From positions 8,913,519 to 8,977,518 of the forward strand of contig CM082578.2 of the NCBI GenBank assembly GCA_040954595.2: a stretch of 64,000 nucleotides of DNA, read 5' to 3'. The stretch comes from Balanoglossus misakiensis (Eukaryota > Animalia > Hemichordata). Below, piece after piece: positions 1 to 15,000 of this stretch (positions are counted from its first letter, which is position 1; the number at the start of each line of letters is the position of its first letter). The notes under the pieces were generated by a model, which saw only the letters and a program-made list of their open reading frames with translations, did no database searches and was not told the DNA's origin. The position numbers and the translations under genes are program-made.

Positions 1-3000
1 GATGGCTTCAAGTCTAGCTTGGTCCAGCTGGGATTGTAAACAATCAATTTTTTCTTGTTTCTCTTGTAAGATTTCTTCTAATTTGGCTGTAAATGACAAT
101 AAATGAAAAGAGAATAAGCAATGTGTTGTCATGACAATTCTTCACAATACATTTGGGATTTGTGTTTCTTCTGTGAAAAAGGATCCCTTCATGATCCCCA
201 CTGAACAATATCCATTTTCACCTACTAGGTATCTTTTTCTTACCTTTGTTTTGTGTATTGAGTGGATCTGTAGATATCAGATCATTTTGTAAACTGTCAT
301 TACTGGAAGACTCGGGACTCTGTACAAGACTCTCATGAGTATTTACATCTTCTACAACTTGCACTACAAACGAAAAACATCGACAAACATTCTGTCAATT
401 ATTGCTACATCAAAACAAGGTGTCACGCTCAACCTGTATTAATGGTTACAATACTTTGACTGTCAAGGCTTCCATGTTATCTTTTATGATGATATGGTAA
501 TCTGTCTGTTGTCTCACAAGTTTCAGATGCAGCTAGTTATATACCAGACACAAACGACCGGCTCAACAGACTTACTTGTAACATCTTCTTGTCCATCACC
601 ATCGGTCTTATCAAGAATACTTGTATCAGTATCGGCACCATCTCCCTGACCCTGAGCTGACTCCATACTCGTGTCTCTCTCAGGTTTTTCCGACGTCTCC
701 CCCGGGAGCTGAGACTGAAGGGAAATCAACCGAGCTGAAAGGAAAATTTATAGGAACGCTTTTCAGAATTTGTAGTAATCAGAACACTACACACGATCAA
801 ATTGTTTTCCAACTCAAAATCACAATTCTTCAAGTGACAGCCACACAACAGCCAGTCATGTCAATCAAGAACCTAAGGGTACCCTCACAGTTTTCAGCCA
901 ACCAGAAGTCAGTGTTACAAGTCAAATGAGCAGAAAAACCCCTAGACTAGTGTCTTCACACAGAATCTTCACTCACCTTTGGTTGCATCCAGTTGCTGCT
1001 TCACGAAATCCCTGTCTGCCTGCAGAGACTCGACTTGTGCCGACAGGGAGGCCTCTTGTTTTTGGGCCGCATCTATTTTGGTCTCAAATTCTTCTCTCTG
1101 TCTCTCGACATTTTCGAACTCTTCTTGACTGGCCCTCTCTTTCTCGTCAAGTTTTATCGTGAGTTCTTGTAACTCTTCTATAGTTTGGTTGTGTTTCTCA
1201 CACAGTTTATTCAATTCTTTCTGCGTCTCTTCATGGGATTCCTTCACATGGGCTAGTTCATCTTCAGTATTGCTAAATGACCTCTGCAGATTGGAGACAA
1301 AACAACATTGCCTTAAGCCTCATTTCTTCTCTACAAATTATTTCCACCGAGTCTGGCTTTGGATTATACTTTTGGAAGAAGTCAAATTTACTCCCTCATT
1401 CTGTTAACAATACCTGGTACTGCTTAAACTCTGGTTGTTCATCAACAATCTATAACATCTTCAAATCACCATGTAACATACACCAACAACAATTCTACAC
1501 TGCACACAGCTTTGTGAACACACCTCTAAATCGGACAGTTTCCTAACAGCATCAAGCTTTTCCTGCAAAACTCTCCTAAGCGACTCCTTGGCAGTTGTCT
1601 CGTACTTATGCTTGTCTTCCTGCAGCGCCACCAATTCTTTTCGTATACTATCTTCTGGCTGTGCCTGGATTTGCGATGGAAGAGGCCACAGTGAGTGAGG
1701 GAGGGAGGAAATGGGCGAGTGAGCGAGTCTGCATGCATGTGATGTGTGTGTTTGAGTGTGAGTTAGACTGGGTGTGATGAACTGTAAATGTGCATGTAGT
1801 CGACACATTCCACCACAAAGACAAAGCCCAACATTGGGATGGAATTGAAAGTCTGCATGTCTGTCCCACAAAGACAACTTCGTGGGAGAAAAAGAAGAGT
1901 TCCCTGTTTTACAGAAAGAGTCCATTATACATTTATGTGTGGGATTCTTACTGAGAGGAAGTAATATTGAAATGGATGGATGTGAAACCGTTTTACTGTA
2001 CTTTTATTTACCTAACAAAGCACGATTGTCAGAAGTACAACATCACTCGGTGCTACAAGCTAGACACAATTTGGATTTCAGGTAAATACATGTACATCCA
2101 ATCAAATAATCAGTGGGCTTCCTGTATGTAGGGTGCACTTATAGTCCGATCATGTCACTTTACTGGAGAAATACCACCCAGACTCTCTTATATCCCTGAT
2201 TGGTTATGACTAAAATTTGCCTTGGCTACCAGCAGAGGAAGAGAGAGACACTGCTCTCTCTCAGTCTCAGGGACAATGACCAACCTTTGAAAGGGACTGA
2301 AGTTGAGTTTCTAAGACTTCCAGCCTCGACAGTAACCTATCTTCGTCTATGAGGGCTTGCCAGCTGGTCTCCGAGGCTTCCTGAGTGTTGGCAACAATCC
2401 TCTGCAATGCTGCTAGCTTCTGTTCTAACATTTGTTCCCTATGTAGTGCTTCCTGAAATCAACCAAAATAATAAATCCACACCATTGAATATAATCAATT
2501 TCATTTGCAATTGTCTCTCCTTTCGAGGGGGTACACACAAATATGAGAGAACAAATTCTGACAGTTGTGATAGCAAAGTACATGAATGTGTATAACCAGG
2601 GCCAACAAACATGAATGTTTATACATGTGCTTTCCATCTTCTCTGCCTTCATACAAACATTTCACCATGGCAATGCAATACCTAATGCGACAGGTGAGTT
2701 AGGGGAAAGAAACCAGTAGACAGACAGCAAGAATTGCACTTACCTGTAAATAATGATTTAACTCATAGAGGTCCTGAGATTGTACGTTACAGCTACTACC
2801 ATACGGCATTAAAGTACTCATCGGACTGAAATCAAAAGACAAAAATACAAAAACTAAATGCGGGTGTATACAAATACATAATTGCCAGCAAAGGGACAGT
2901 AACAGGTATGTATGATCACCCTAGGTAAAACCATACGATACCTTATATTCAGTTGTCACACCCTATCCCCTGATGAAATGAAAACTCTGATGAGTACAAC

Positions 3001-6000
3001 CATGAAACAAGACCATAGGGAATAAGCCACTAAACATGTCAGTCACCTAGCTCCACAAAAAACAACAACGCAAGTGTACAAGTAAGTTCCTCTTTAGTCT
3101 CAGAGAGAAGAAGTTCCCGAAATAAATTACATCAGCTACACATCGGATCATCCGACTTGAGTTTAAATAACAAAACAAATCAGCCATTTCAAGGTGACTG
3201 GGCAAGCAACTCAAAACCCTTCCTGTCTTTCAGAAGCCAGCAAATCATTTCCTGTTCAAACATATCACACTGATGATCTTATCGGCATATCACTTCTTGC
3301 AGCCCTACTGTTTTATTTATAGAACACAGATCGGAAGACAAAGTTTGGTGCCTAATACACATGCCACATCAGGTGATGCTCACAAAAGATGTGACTGTTT
3401 TTATGCTATCCCCGAATTATTATTATATTAGTATTAGGCTTCGCTACGAATCAGGGTAAGATGAAACGAAATGCACCCGGCATACTGAGTGGACTGTCTT
3501 CAGATTTTGAACCCCCTTTATTGAATTTCTCACCTTTTTGCTTCTTTTCCATCTGGTGTGTAAAGCGTGAGTGTTGATATGATACAACCATGGGTAACTG
3601 CAAAGCAATTGCAAATGTATTTCAATAAAGTACGTCTGTACTTGGGACAGACTTCACTTTAATTTATCGTCCTCCTTGTGCATGTCATGTGTTTACATTC
3701 CTTCTGCCGATAAATTGTGGTGCTTTTGGTTGCAGTGCTACTGCCCTCTAGTGTCAACTTTGGTGCTCCCCACTTCAAAACTCGATGAAAATGAAGTAGG
3801 GTACATTTGCATGGTTTTCTCACACCTCAGGCCTACATGTATGTAGAAATGGGGAAATGATACTTCTATTTTGTTTTTGGGGCTAAATGCATTTATTGTG
3901 ATGAATGGAATTATTGTTAAAAGATGGAGGCCAACTTCCGCCAGAGGACTAGTTCGAGCACTGTACATCACTTTACAATTTCGTTTGGCCAGGAATGTAT
4001 ACAACTGGAATGATTTCAACCGACTGACATTTGAAAGCGAGATTCCAAACTCACCAACACCTCGCCGCGAGTTCTCCATCACGTCCACACCAAACTGTAT
4101 GATGTCCCCAGAGTTGATCTCCCGGGCGGGGCTCTCCTCGGCCCCTTTGCTGAGTCTCTGGTTATTGACAAAGGTCCCATTGCTGCTCTTGGTATCTTGG
4201 AGGTAGAACTGTAAATCAAGAGGGTAAAAACACCATTGTAAACATATGATCACATGAAAGGAAAAGATATTTCAAATTTGATTATCCTGGTTTTTAGTCT
4301 TTCCTCTGAATGAAAGCTGTATTCTGATTGCCATTCAAAATCAGTCCCCTACTGTGCTATCAGTGACAATTAGTCTTGACAAATGCCTTCGATGACCCTG
4401 TACTCTGTGTGGTATCATAGCAGCTGACAAACTTCTACATATATACAATTTCCAAATACTTTCTTCTGATCTACTGGTACTTGCATTAGTAAATGTATGT
4501 CTCACTCTTGTTCACTGCATCTTTTTTCTCCAAAATAACAGGCAATCCTTACAGACTTGGAAGCTACGTGTTCAAACACAAAAACAGAAGTTTCACTTCA
4601 CATTTTAATTCTCTCAAAGGGTACACTTTCTAAATACAGGAACAACCAGAGACTGTGGATGTTGAGTGTGTAAATTAACAATCACAGCTGTTGTAGATCT
4701 TGCAAGAAGCACTAGTAAAGAGAATGCAATAGACGTGTTCTATTTATGACACAAATGACTCTAGCAGGCGATACGCTAAGCATGGTTTCCTTTACGTCTC
4801 AAGCAGACGTTCACTTCACTGATATAGGAACACAAAGACTTATTGAAACACAACGACAACTGTACACAATAATAAATTCATCAGCTTTTCCCCCGCGAGC
4901 TGCCAGCCTGCGTCCCCTCTGACCTAAACAGAAGATTGCTGTGAAGTGCATGTAATTTATCCGAGGAGTAACTGAGAGTGCATTGAGACCCAGAAAAGTC
5001 AGAGACCGCTTCCCCTTTCAAAGTACCCTAGATTCCTCCGAGTATTTCATTGCAGCCACAACAAAAAACACAAGAGCAGAGTTTGCTGAAATCCATGTGA
5101 TTCACTCGATGGCATGCTGCCCAGGTCCAATAAAGAGAATAAAGAGTGAAGGGAAAAGACCTTTACTCTAGACTCGTCATCAGGTTATGATAGGTTGTGA
5201 AATTAATTTTGGAAACCCCAGTGTCTTGTGCATGACATGGCTTGTATAACATATCATTGAGAGGTGCAGTCTTGAATAGTGATGGTACACATATTTTCTA
5301 GACAAACTACAACTATCGGACTAGGTAGATGTATAATTGATATATACACCAACAAACTGTATCTGTATTTGAAACATTTTGTATTTTCAAATATATATAC
5401 AATGTACATGTACATGTATATGCTGTGTTTTCGTGTACATGTAGTGGTTGCATTTGCTGTGAAGCATCCCCATTGGGAAGAGTGCGTTGGAATTGTGTAA
5501 ATGGATTTTCCAGACATATGATTAGAAGGAATTAAAGTCAGATGAACAAAGATAAAGAGTACCCCCCACCCTACATGTACATGTAAGTTCTAGATGAGGT
5601 TGTCGCATTCAATGACCAAGGACAGTCTAATCGCAGGTCTGTTCACTTCAAAGAGACCGACAAGAGAAAACATTAGTGGATAAATCATACAAATACATTG
5701 CTAGGGGAGACACACACACAAAAAAATCCCGGCAGTAATTGGGGTCTGCACTCGTACATCTGCTATGCACTTACATGTAACCACTGCATTGTATTTGGCA
5801 GAGTGCAAGCTAAAGATCTCGATCTCATTCAGAGAACAAACCTATGTTCAATGAAGATCCTTGGAAATGGTTAAGCAATGTTACAGAGTAAAGCAAACGA
5901 GCTGATGAAATGCACATTAGATGATGTACATTTCGTTACATTGTTGTATTTATCAGCCATAGACAGCAAATGTGAGACTCAATACCGCAGTTGATTATGA

Positions 6001-9000
6001 CAATCTTATTTCAGCAATGAAACTAAACTATCAGTGAGTCACGGCGGTACCAGGAAAACTCGAGTCAACATAAACATTCAACCAAAAACCTCCACACAGT
6101 ACATGTAAGTTATACTTTAACCCAGACGTATGAATGTATCCCGATTAGCATACTTAACCCATGAGTAATGTAATACCATGACAGAACTAGGAAGTTCCAT
6201 GTAAACACTGGGTGAAATATGACATATTTATTCTACATAGCTTTACATTATAATATTACACATCAATTTGTAGGTATTTGCTGATAAGATCTGTACGTAT
6301 AACCACACATTTATATAATTTGCAATAAATCTGACAAGAACAAAGTCTCTAGGAATTTAAAACATGTCCTAGTTCCCTCACTTTTATGAGTATTTAAAGA
6401 GAGGCCTTTGTCAGCACTCATCTCAAGCATCCTAGAAGACCCCATATAACGGTTCAATTGTTTTGGAAGTTGCAATGAGTTGTTTGTTTGCCAAATGCAC
6501 ATTGCAAGTTATATTTCCAGCTATTTGACCTGCCCGACTTAAATATCATTATGGATGAAGAGTATGCGATCATTGGAGTCACAAACATTTTGTAGTTTAT
6601 TATTAACCTTTTAATATTTTAACATGAACATTATAACCAGCTGTTCATTATTCTGGTATAGCAATATAATTAATATTTTCCTGACATTTTATTTTTATTC
6701 TCCTTTTAAGGACACAGCATGAGTTACGACATTTTTTATGGACACTTCCTACAGGTATGGTTTCCATGAACATGACACTGCATACATGTATGCCGCCAAC
6801 ACCTGCCTATTTTTAGATGGCCCACCTTGACGGATTAATGACCCATTGATAGTGTTAAGGTCACGATGACCTCTACTTCAGGTTTGGCGGTATCACAATA
6901 GAAGTGTTGAACCAGTGACATCCTGAAGCAGGCCACAATCACTAGACCATCATGTCTGACTGTGCCACTTCTGTATACATGTGTAATTCCCAAGAGCACT
7001 GGTGATACATCCCAAATCTCGCTCACCATTCTCTGGCTGACTGTTGTCCCTGCTCCCCAAGGATGGGACCCAGTTTAGGCTCATGATCAGTTCTTAAAAT
7101 TTGCTGCAGCTATCTCTGTCTGAGCAGGAAAATTAGTACATTTATATGTCTCCAATGATGTGTGCAGATTCTACTGTCAGCTTACAAGCAGGGCAAGGTT
7201 GATGAAGAGCCCATAGCCAGCATATAACACGTTGTTTACTCAGGGACGTTCTTGCTAGTAACACCCAGCAATGCTAACAATTTTATCTGAACCATAGTGA
7301 TGACATACACGTTTCCAATGGCTACAAAACGACGACCCCAGCGACAGTATCTCTTTGTCAGTGTGACATGTACGTATGAGTAGCCCAATGAACCATGTGG
7401 AATAATGCTAAATCATTAGCCTAGAGAAGGTACTGACTTCGGGATTTTATACCATGTGGAGTGGGGTGGAGCGGGGTGAGATACCAGTATGGGTAAAATT
7501 CTGCATCGATAATGCATTACATTGTATCATGCTGGAGTGGTGTGTAAGCCCATGGGATATTAGCTTTTTAATCTAAAAATCAATAAAATGCAATCATTTA
7601 TCTTACAATGACTTAATTTACTGGGTAATTAATTTCTTTACAAAAAAACAACTAATCAACCAACATAGAACCCAATTCTGGTGCAAAGGGATGTATTTAT
7701 ATATTTCACCTGCGCAAGAGCAAGAAAGATTTCGCTTCTTCCCCAGCTGTGGTATAATTCAACATCAGGCAAACAACGTCTCTAAAACCTAAATCAGTCA
7801 TGTACTTTATCACGCTACATCACATCAACCAATCATCCACATAACTTCATTTTAATCTAATAGCCAATCATTTAATACCATTCCTTCACTTTCACAAACA
7901 CTAATCACCTAAATTTATTTTTCCCAGGGTATGCATAGTCAGTCAGACAAGCAGAAGATTAAAAGGCAATTTTCTCTTCATCGGTAAATTTAATTGACAC
8001 CTGTTATGTGTTGCACACGGTCTGGGGAAAGATCATGATAAATTGTGTACCCCCAAATGGGGATGCTATGAAGATTTTCCCAGAGTCACACAGTAAATAA
8101 TGTATGAAATACCAGGTGTTCAAAACATCACCACTAACCAAAATCAAAATACAGATTTTAACTTTGGTATAAAAATTATGCCTACATAGTGAAACGAAAA
8201 ACAGGCTGACATAAAGAAACACCCACCATTTGATTAAAAATATTTTCACTGCAATTATAAGAAAATCCTATGAGAGTTTCTCTTCTATTGCAAAACGAAA
8301 CTGCTCATATTAAAATATCTGACAGTGCAGAACAATGTGTTGATGATGTCTCTATTGTGAAAGAAATTATGTAAAATTGAACAATATTAAACCCAGAAGC
8401 AAATATGGCAGATAATATTCACTGGTTTGCTATTTAACAGGCATAAGCTGTTTATGAAAAAGAAAAAGATCTCCAGGCACCTATCAATCAATATACATAA
8501 ATTATTCTAAAATAATTACATCAATTATTATTGAATGTTCTGAATATGTCTATGAAAAGTCAATGCAAACACACTTGGGATCTTTTTGCCTACAGTGATG
8601 TCTTCATGGAAATAGTTCAGGAAGGAAAGAGGCAAGCAGTAACACGGTTTTTGCATTAAACAGTATTTACTTTTCCACTCGTTCCTGTCAAGACGTCCGT
8701 AACCATGGCAACCACATCAATCTCTAAAAATTCCCAGATCATAGCGAACGATTTTGATGGAAAAATTCCTGTGGGTCTTTGCCCGTGACAGGAAAAAAAA
8801 TTCAATGAGTCCTGGTAGGAATGGATGTTTAATACTTGAAAAGGAATGCTCAGTTAGTTCCAGCAATCACGTTAACTTCTTTTAAAATCAGACACGGTGC
8901 AGGAATACAACATTGCACGCACAAAGCTCCTATACCTGTGACTTTTGGCCGTTTCTCAGTATTTTGTTCTGAGTGTCTTCAAATGCAGTTTCTTATTCAA

Positions 9001-12000
9001 CTCCCTGCAGCACGATGAACTCCCAAGCATTCAGCTTGTCCGTCGTCATAGTTACGCATGCACAGTTAGCATGTTATTGTTGAAAACTGAATTCAAATCT
9101 AGATTTGAGAATTCTGAGAACATTCATTGCGTCGGCTGTATAGATTTACATTGTAATACGGATAGTTTTCTGACATCACTAGTGCAGTTAGTTTGCTTCT
9201 TGAAACAAAAGTTCTGTGAAGCATTTGTTACATCCCAGTGCGAACAATAAATTCTTATCAAATGTCACCAGGAGTCATTTCTCCAAACAACCGAGATACT
9301 TGGCTCACACAAAAAAGGCCAAAAGTCCATCACAAGTGCAACATAAATGGTTTGGGAATCTGACAGTAGTTTTCTGCAAAGACATTTGATTTTCCTGGTC
9401 ACCATTTATGGTTTCTTTATTGGCCGCAATGACATCATCTTGATATAAAAAGCTTCTGTTAACTGGTTTTTACATCCGTCTCCTGTTGAAATGCTCGTAA
9501 CAGCTTACAGCAAGTGCTCTACTTTATGAAGAAACTGACTGGCTTCGTAATGGTATCTGGTATGCAATTTCTTGGCTTTGCCCGTACACAATTATGTATT
9601 TCTTGCAAAGCAAAGAAATGTACTGGGCCAGATGGAAAACGCAGATGAGATAAAAGTATGGCGACGAAATCAGTACAGTGGTTAACATTAGTGGTACGAC
9701 GAGTTATTTGCATAATAGTTTAATTTATTCACACAAGAAACTGAACACGAGACTGTTGAAAAAATTGATTTTTTTATGCAACAACATATTGTACAGGGTT
9801 TTGGCTACGGTTGGGGAATATTAGTAAATTGTTTAGGAACCCTGGCAACATGTCTCTTACCCCTGATATGACTGCATTGATACTCCATGAGGAACCCCAG
9901 TTAAACGACTGGAAAACCCTGGTAACATTTACCTGGGTACTGCCCTTAACAAAAGCACTGAATATAATTTGGTATAGAATTTCATTATTATAAAAAGAAA
10001 CCTGTATCTTGTAACATCCCGTATTTACTTTGTTAATACTGTTTACACGAAGAGTTTGCTCGGGACTGGACCACCTCCATCACAGACAAATGTCAAATAT
10101 GTAACAATATTTCTCAGTTGCCATCACATAATATTTCTGTCTGGACCCACGAGATGATAAATCAAGAGTCAAATTACTTCCAACCCTCTGGTCTGTGCAG
10201 CCACTGTGACATTTGTCCAGCTCGCCTTCTTGCGTGTAAAATTTAAACAAGATTCATTGTTTTTTGTAATTTTACTCGCTCTTTGAATTCAAAGAATTTT
10301 ACAAACTGACTTTCAGTATAAACTGTTGCGAGTCCAGGCTGACATCACCCTTCCTGGTATCGGATATAGTTGAGGTTGTTTCACCACGTTGCGATATTAA
10401 TATATGTAGGTCAGACAGAGGACACTGGGGTCATGTCGGGTCACCTTGTATAGACTGACACCGTGCTCAACCTGTAGCACTGTACACCGCAGTTCATTGA
10501 ATAACTTTTAATTGATTTGTAGTCTAAGTATCATGCCATAAACTTCTCATTCAAAGAAATTTCTAATCAACAAATTTTGCATTTTCATTGATTTTTAAAA
10601 CTTTCATGCAAATGAACAGGTTATTACAATAAACACCATGTACATATCATTATTGTTAAAAGTTATCACGTGTTATTGTTAAAATAATCTAGCATGTGAA
10701 CATATTGAAGAGGACTCCGCCCAACAGCTACTGAAAATGTCTCTGTATATTTTATCAAGCACAAGTGTTTGTTTGCAGGATTCATTACAAGTACAAACAG
10801 ACACCAACACTATTGGCTGAGGTGACTGGGAGCTATTTGCAAAAAGTGAAAACACTCAAACAACAAAGGCTAAACTAATCATTTGTTTTATCATGTCTGT
10901 CAGCTCAGCTGATGAATGTAAACAGCCTATGAGTCCGTCCGTCCGTCCCCCCTGGCTATACAAGTAAAGGACACAGTGTCTGCTTTACTGGAAGTGATAG
11001 ATAACATCCCATTTCCCTTTACTAATCCCAAAGACATGGCATTTTTGACAGAATTCACATGAAACAATAATGTGGGGGGGGGGGGAGATAAAATGAGACT
11101 TGAAAGAGGTGAATTTAATTCAATAGCTGTTAATCATTTATGTCATTGATCAATACAAGGGCACTTATTACATGTATGTCATAAACTGAGGGTTTACTCC
11201 TTAACACAGCAGAAACTACTCTGGAAATCTTGTTATCAGACCTTCAACTTCTTCTCTCTCTGCATATATCAAACATTCGTTCCAGCTCCATTTCCCCCTA
11301 AATTTTGACGAGCAGGTAATCTTTGAAAAAAATGTGAAGTAAGGCAGTATTTCTACATTAAAAGTAAAAAAGAATACAGTAATTTATGCATTCACCAATA
11401 TGCAGGCAGGGACAACTGGGTACATTAACCTACATGTGGGTGGTTGGGGTGATTGGAATAGGTAACTTGTTAGTGTACCTGAAGGGCGGTGCTTGGACAA
11501 AGGTCAACGTTTATAAATCCTTGCTGTACATTGTAAGAATCTGCATGACATGCACTAATTTTATATTTGGAACTTCTAAAATAATATTTTCTTTGTCCGT
11601 GTTAATCCATTCATGTCCTCAAACACACACATAAAACACAATTTTCAAGGCATTGGGATTTCAATAATACGAAACATCATATCAGTCAAAGGTACATGTA
11701 GGGGACATATCCACCAGTATGCAATCCATTGAATTCCACTGAGTGGTCCATTGAAAAACAAATTTGCCCACTGGCTCCTTCAGCCAATACACATTGTGAC
11801 AACTCATTAGCGGGACATCAATTTGTGTTTCACACATTCAAGAGGCATGCAGATGAGGATGATAAATTTAGATACATGTAATTTGTTGAACTGGCGAGTC
11901 TTTCATGACATATTTGCTCATTCTCAATCATCACTGTAGAAACCCCTAGTGACTAATACATGCATATTTAGTATGTCAATATTCTATCAAGAGAAAAACC

Positions 12001-15000
12001 AAGATAAAGATAGCCCAATACATACCATGATATCACTCATTTTTTTATTTGGGCTAAATTCTAGTGTTATTACTTTACTGGTTAATAACTAGCTCTGCTT
12101 CACTACAGTTGGTACCGTAACAATGATTATAGCAGACTATACAGAAATGAATAACCTCAATCAATTCATAGCAGAAACGTACAGAAATGTCATAACGCCG
12201 AAAAAAACTTCAATAGAGACTTCATCTTATCAGAAAAAATATCACTTCTATTATCTAATTTCAGACAACCTTCATAGTGTCATGTCGCACATACCATTCT
12301 GAAAACTCCAACAATCGACAAAGTAAACATGTACTGTAGCTCTCAAGACAACAATAAGTCAAACTTTGAACTTTAACACAATGCGGTTTGTTTTCTCAAA
12401 ATATATGTTTATACTGTGATGGCTATCCTGTCAAACTGGCTACTCTGTCTGTGGTGTGCGTCTGATTTTTAAAAATCAAGCTTCAGAGATCGTATGATTT
12501 TTTTTTAGTGTTTTGATTCCATAGTCTGACAACAAACTGGCAATTGAGAATTGTGAAATTGTATCATTGACAACTAATCCTACATGTATCTTCACAGATC
12601 TGGAACAAGTCTCTGAAATGAAATATTGGAAAGGAAAAATTGTCCTGATACCTCAATAGTAATCACATTATGGCTACTGTCTCTATTTGTTTATTTTCCT
12701 TAATCTCAGCCATGAAACAACTTGTTTTAACCTTTGTGATGACTGTACTTTGGAACGACCCCATTGTTTTAGAGGAAGTGTACACAGTATTTGGACATGT
12801 GATTATATGGGCACAGACCTGGTCAGGACATGTACGCCTTTGTAACTCGCTGAAAATAACCTGCACTTTCCCCTTTTATAAGATAGAGGCATGCACTTAC
12901 TCAATACCCAGTATATCAAATGTCACATACTTCCACGCTAGCCACAGAACATAATTTACAATGGGCAAATCCGAGATTACAATCTATCTCGTAAGATTGC
13001 ATACATACAAGAGAGATGGAATGAAATGAACGAAAATAGATCAGTCAACTGAGTTATAATCACAAACAATGGGTAAGATCACGTTGCCTTCCATCTGTAC
13101 CACATTGAAGGACTTGCTCTGACGCAATGCAAACTTATCGTCATTTCATATTTGATCATTCATCAATGATCAAACATGAATGGATAAAGGATAGATATAC
13201 TCCTTGAACAATGTGCACCATGAAGATATTTTCAATCTAGTCATTACCAGGCATATCATTTATGAGGCCTAATCAAAGCACTGGTGATCGATGAATTTTA
13301 GAAAAAAAAAAACTACTTGGAAGATTCTGCCAGACATCACTGCATAGTGATCACCGAGAATTTTCTTAATAAGCTTTAATAGCTTTCAATTTTAAAGAAC
13401 AAATTGCACAGCTTATAGCGTGGGTTAAAATTTCCAAAAGGTTGAATTATTTTACATAATTTTATGTGGTATCTGACTTCTACAGCACTATCTACATCTT
13501 GCAATTTTACTCTTATTTCACGTTGATTCTTGTATAATTGATGGTGTTTACTATACCTTTTACTCATATTTGGGTCTACAATGTTTAGAGTCAGCAGGTA
13601 AAGATTAGGGTAGTTTGGTTAACAGAATCACACAATTTATTTCGGGGTGCTTTGATTCTGCTCCAGCATGATCTAGAGAGGTAACATGCAGCATATTTTG
13701 TCCAAATAGCCTTCTCAGTAACCATGCATGTCCATGTGTCTGGTATGTGAATCAATGGACTGAAGCACATTCAATCAAATGTCCACTCCTTGTGATAAAC
13801 AAATCGGTTCGCATTCCCTTCTCTCCGCAGTGTCGTGGTATTTGGCACAATCTGTGCGGAGACCTGTATTTCTTTGAGTTGAAAATGCCATGATTAGTGT
13901 TTCAAGTGGCCTTCCTTAACAATGTATCATTGCCGACTTTCAATTTTGCGTAAGACTGGTGATAACCGGAGAATGGCCTATTCAACATGGATTGATCCAA
14001 GTTCAAGCGGCAGGAACTCGAAGGTCAAGTTAATCGGTATGTTGAAGTTGGCACTGACACAGATGACCTTACACTACAGTAGTCAGCTGACCTTCAAAAT
14101 GACTTGGCAGGGGTCTAATCAGAAACAAGATATATGCGGTAGAAAATTTCTCTGGGCTACCAACCCACAGATGCCTTACTAAAAAGATAACATGGCCAAC
14201 AGACGATCTTTCACCAATGAAAGTTTTCATTTAATTAATTATGCCACATTATATTATACCTGTATATTGATGGTGTAAATCACGCTATTTGATTGGTCGA
14301 GACACGACACGTGACCGTGATATATTAGCCATATACCACAGTCATATATCATGGTCAAAGAAAATGCCTTTTTAAAATGTTTTATGCAAAGTTTCAATAT
14401 ACTGGCATAATATAATAGCAATAAAACACCCCCAGCCATGGTATACCACGAGATTTTGACCAGTTTAACTCCATATACGCACTCGCTATCGCTCGTGCAT
14501 ATATGTCGTGAACTGGTCAAAATCTCGTGGTATACCATGGCTGGGGGTGTTTTATTGCTTAATTATCACATATTAACACGTAACTGATGGCAATAAAATA
14601 AATTGGTATTTTTCACTGATATTGCTATTGAGAAAATGAATGATCCTAGTAGTCCTTACTGCTACATGTCTTATGAATACAAAATGTATCTAAATTCTCT
14701 GTCATCATGATAAACATCTGCAATATTAACAGCAGCTTTCTTCAGCCAGTTTTAATCAATTATTAATGGACAACTTTGCAAACTACATGTACTCATGCAG
14801 CCATGTTTACCTACTGCAAAGTATTTCGCACGCAAATATGAAAAATTAAATAGGCACTTCATGACTTTGGTTGCAAATATTGAGAGCTAATGAATTCCGA
14901 AATGTTAAAAGCTCTTTTTTCATGATTTTATGATCAGTCAGACTAGGCATGTTTTGAACATTTGATCAGCTTTCTCAATCATCAGTGTGTAGGCAACTTA

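Noticed and set aside
9794-9921. CAGGG...CCCTG-ended segments (also 20799-21118) resembling hAT-type MITEs
   Set aside because: Only 9-bp inverted ends and no target-site duplication; too weak without copy-number data.
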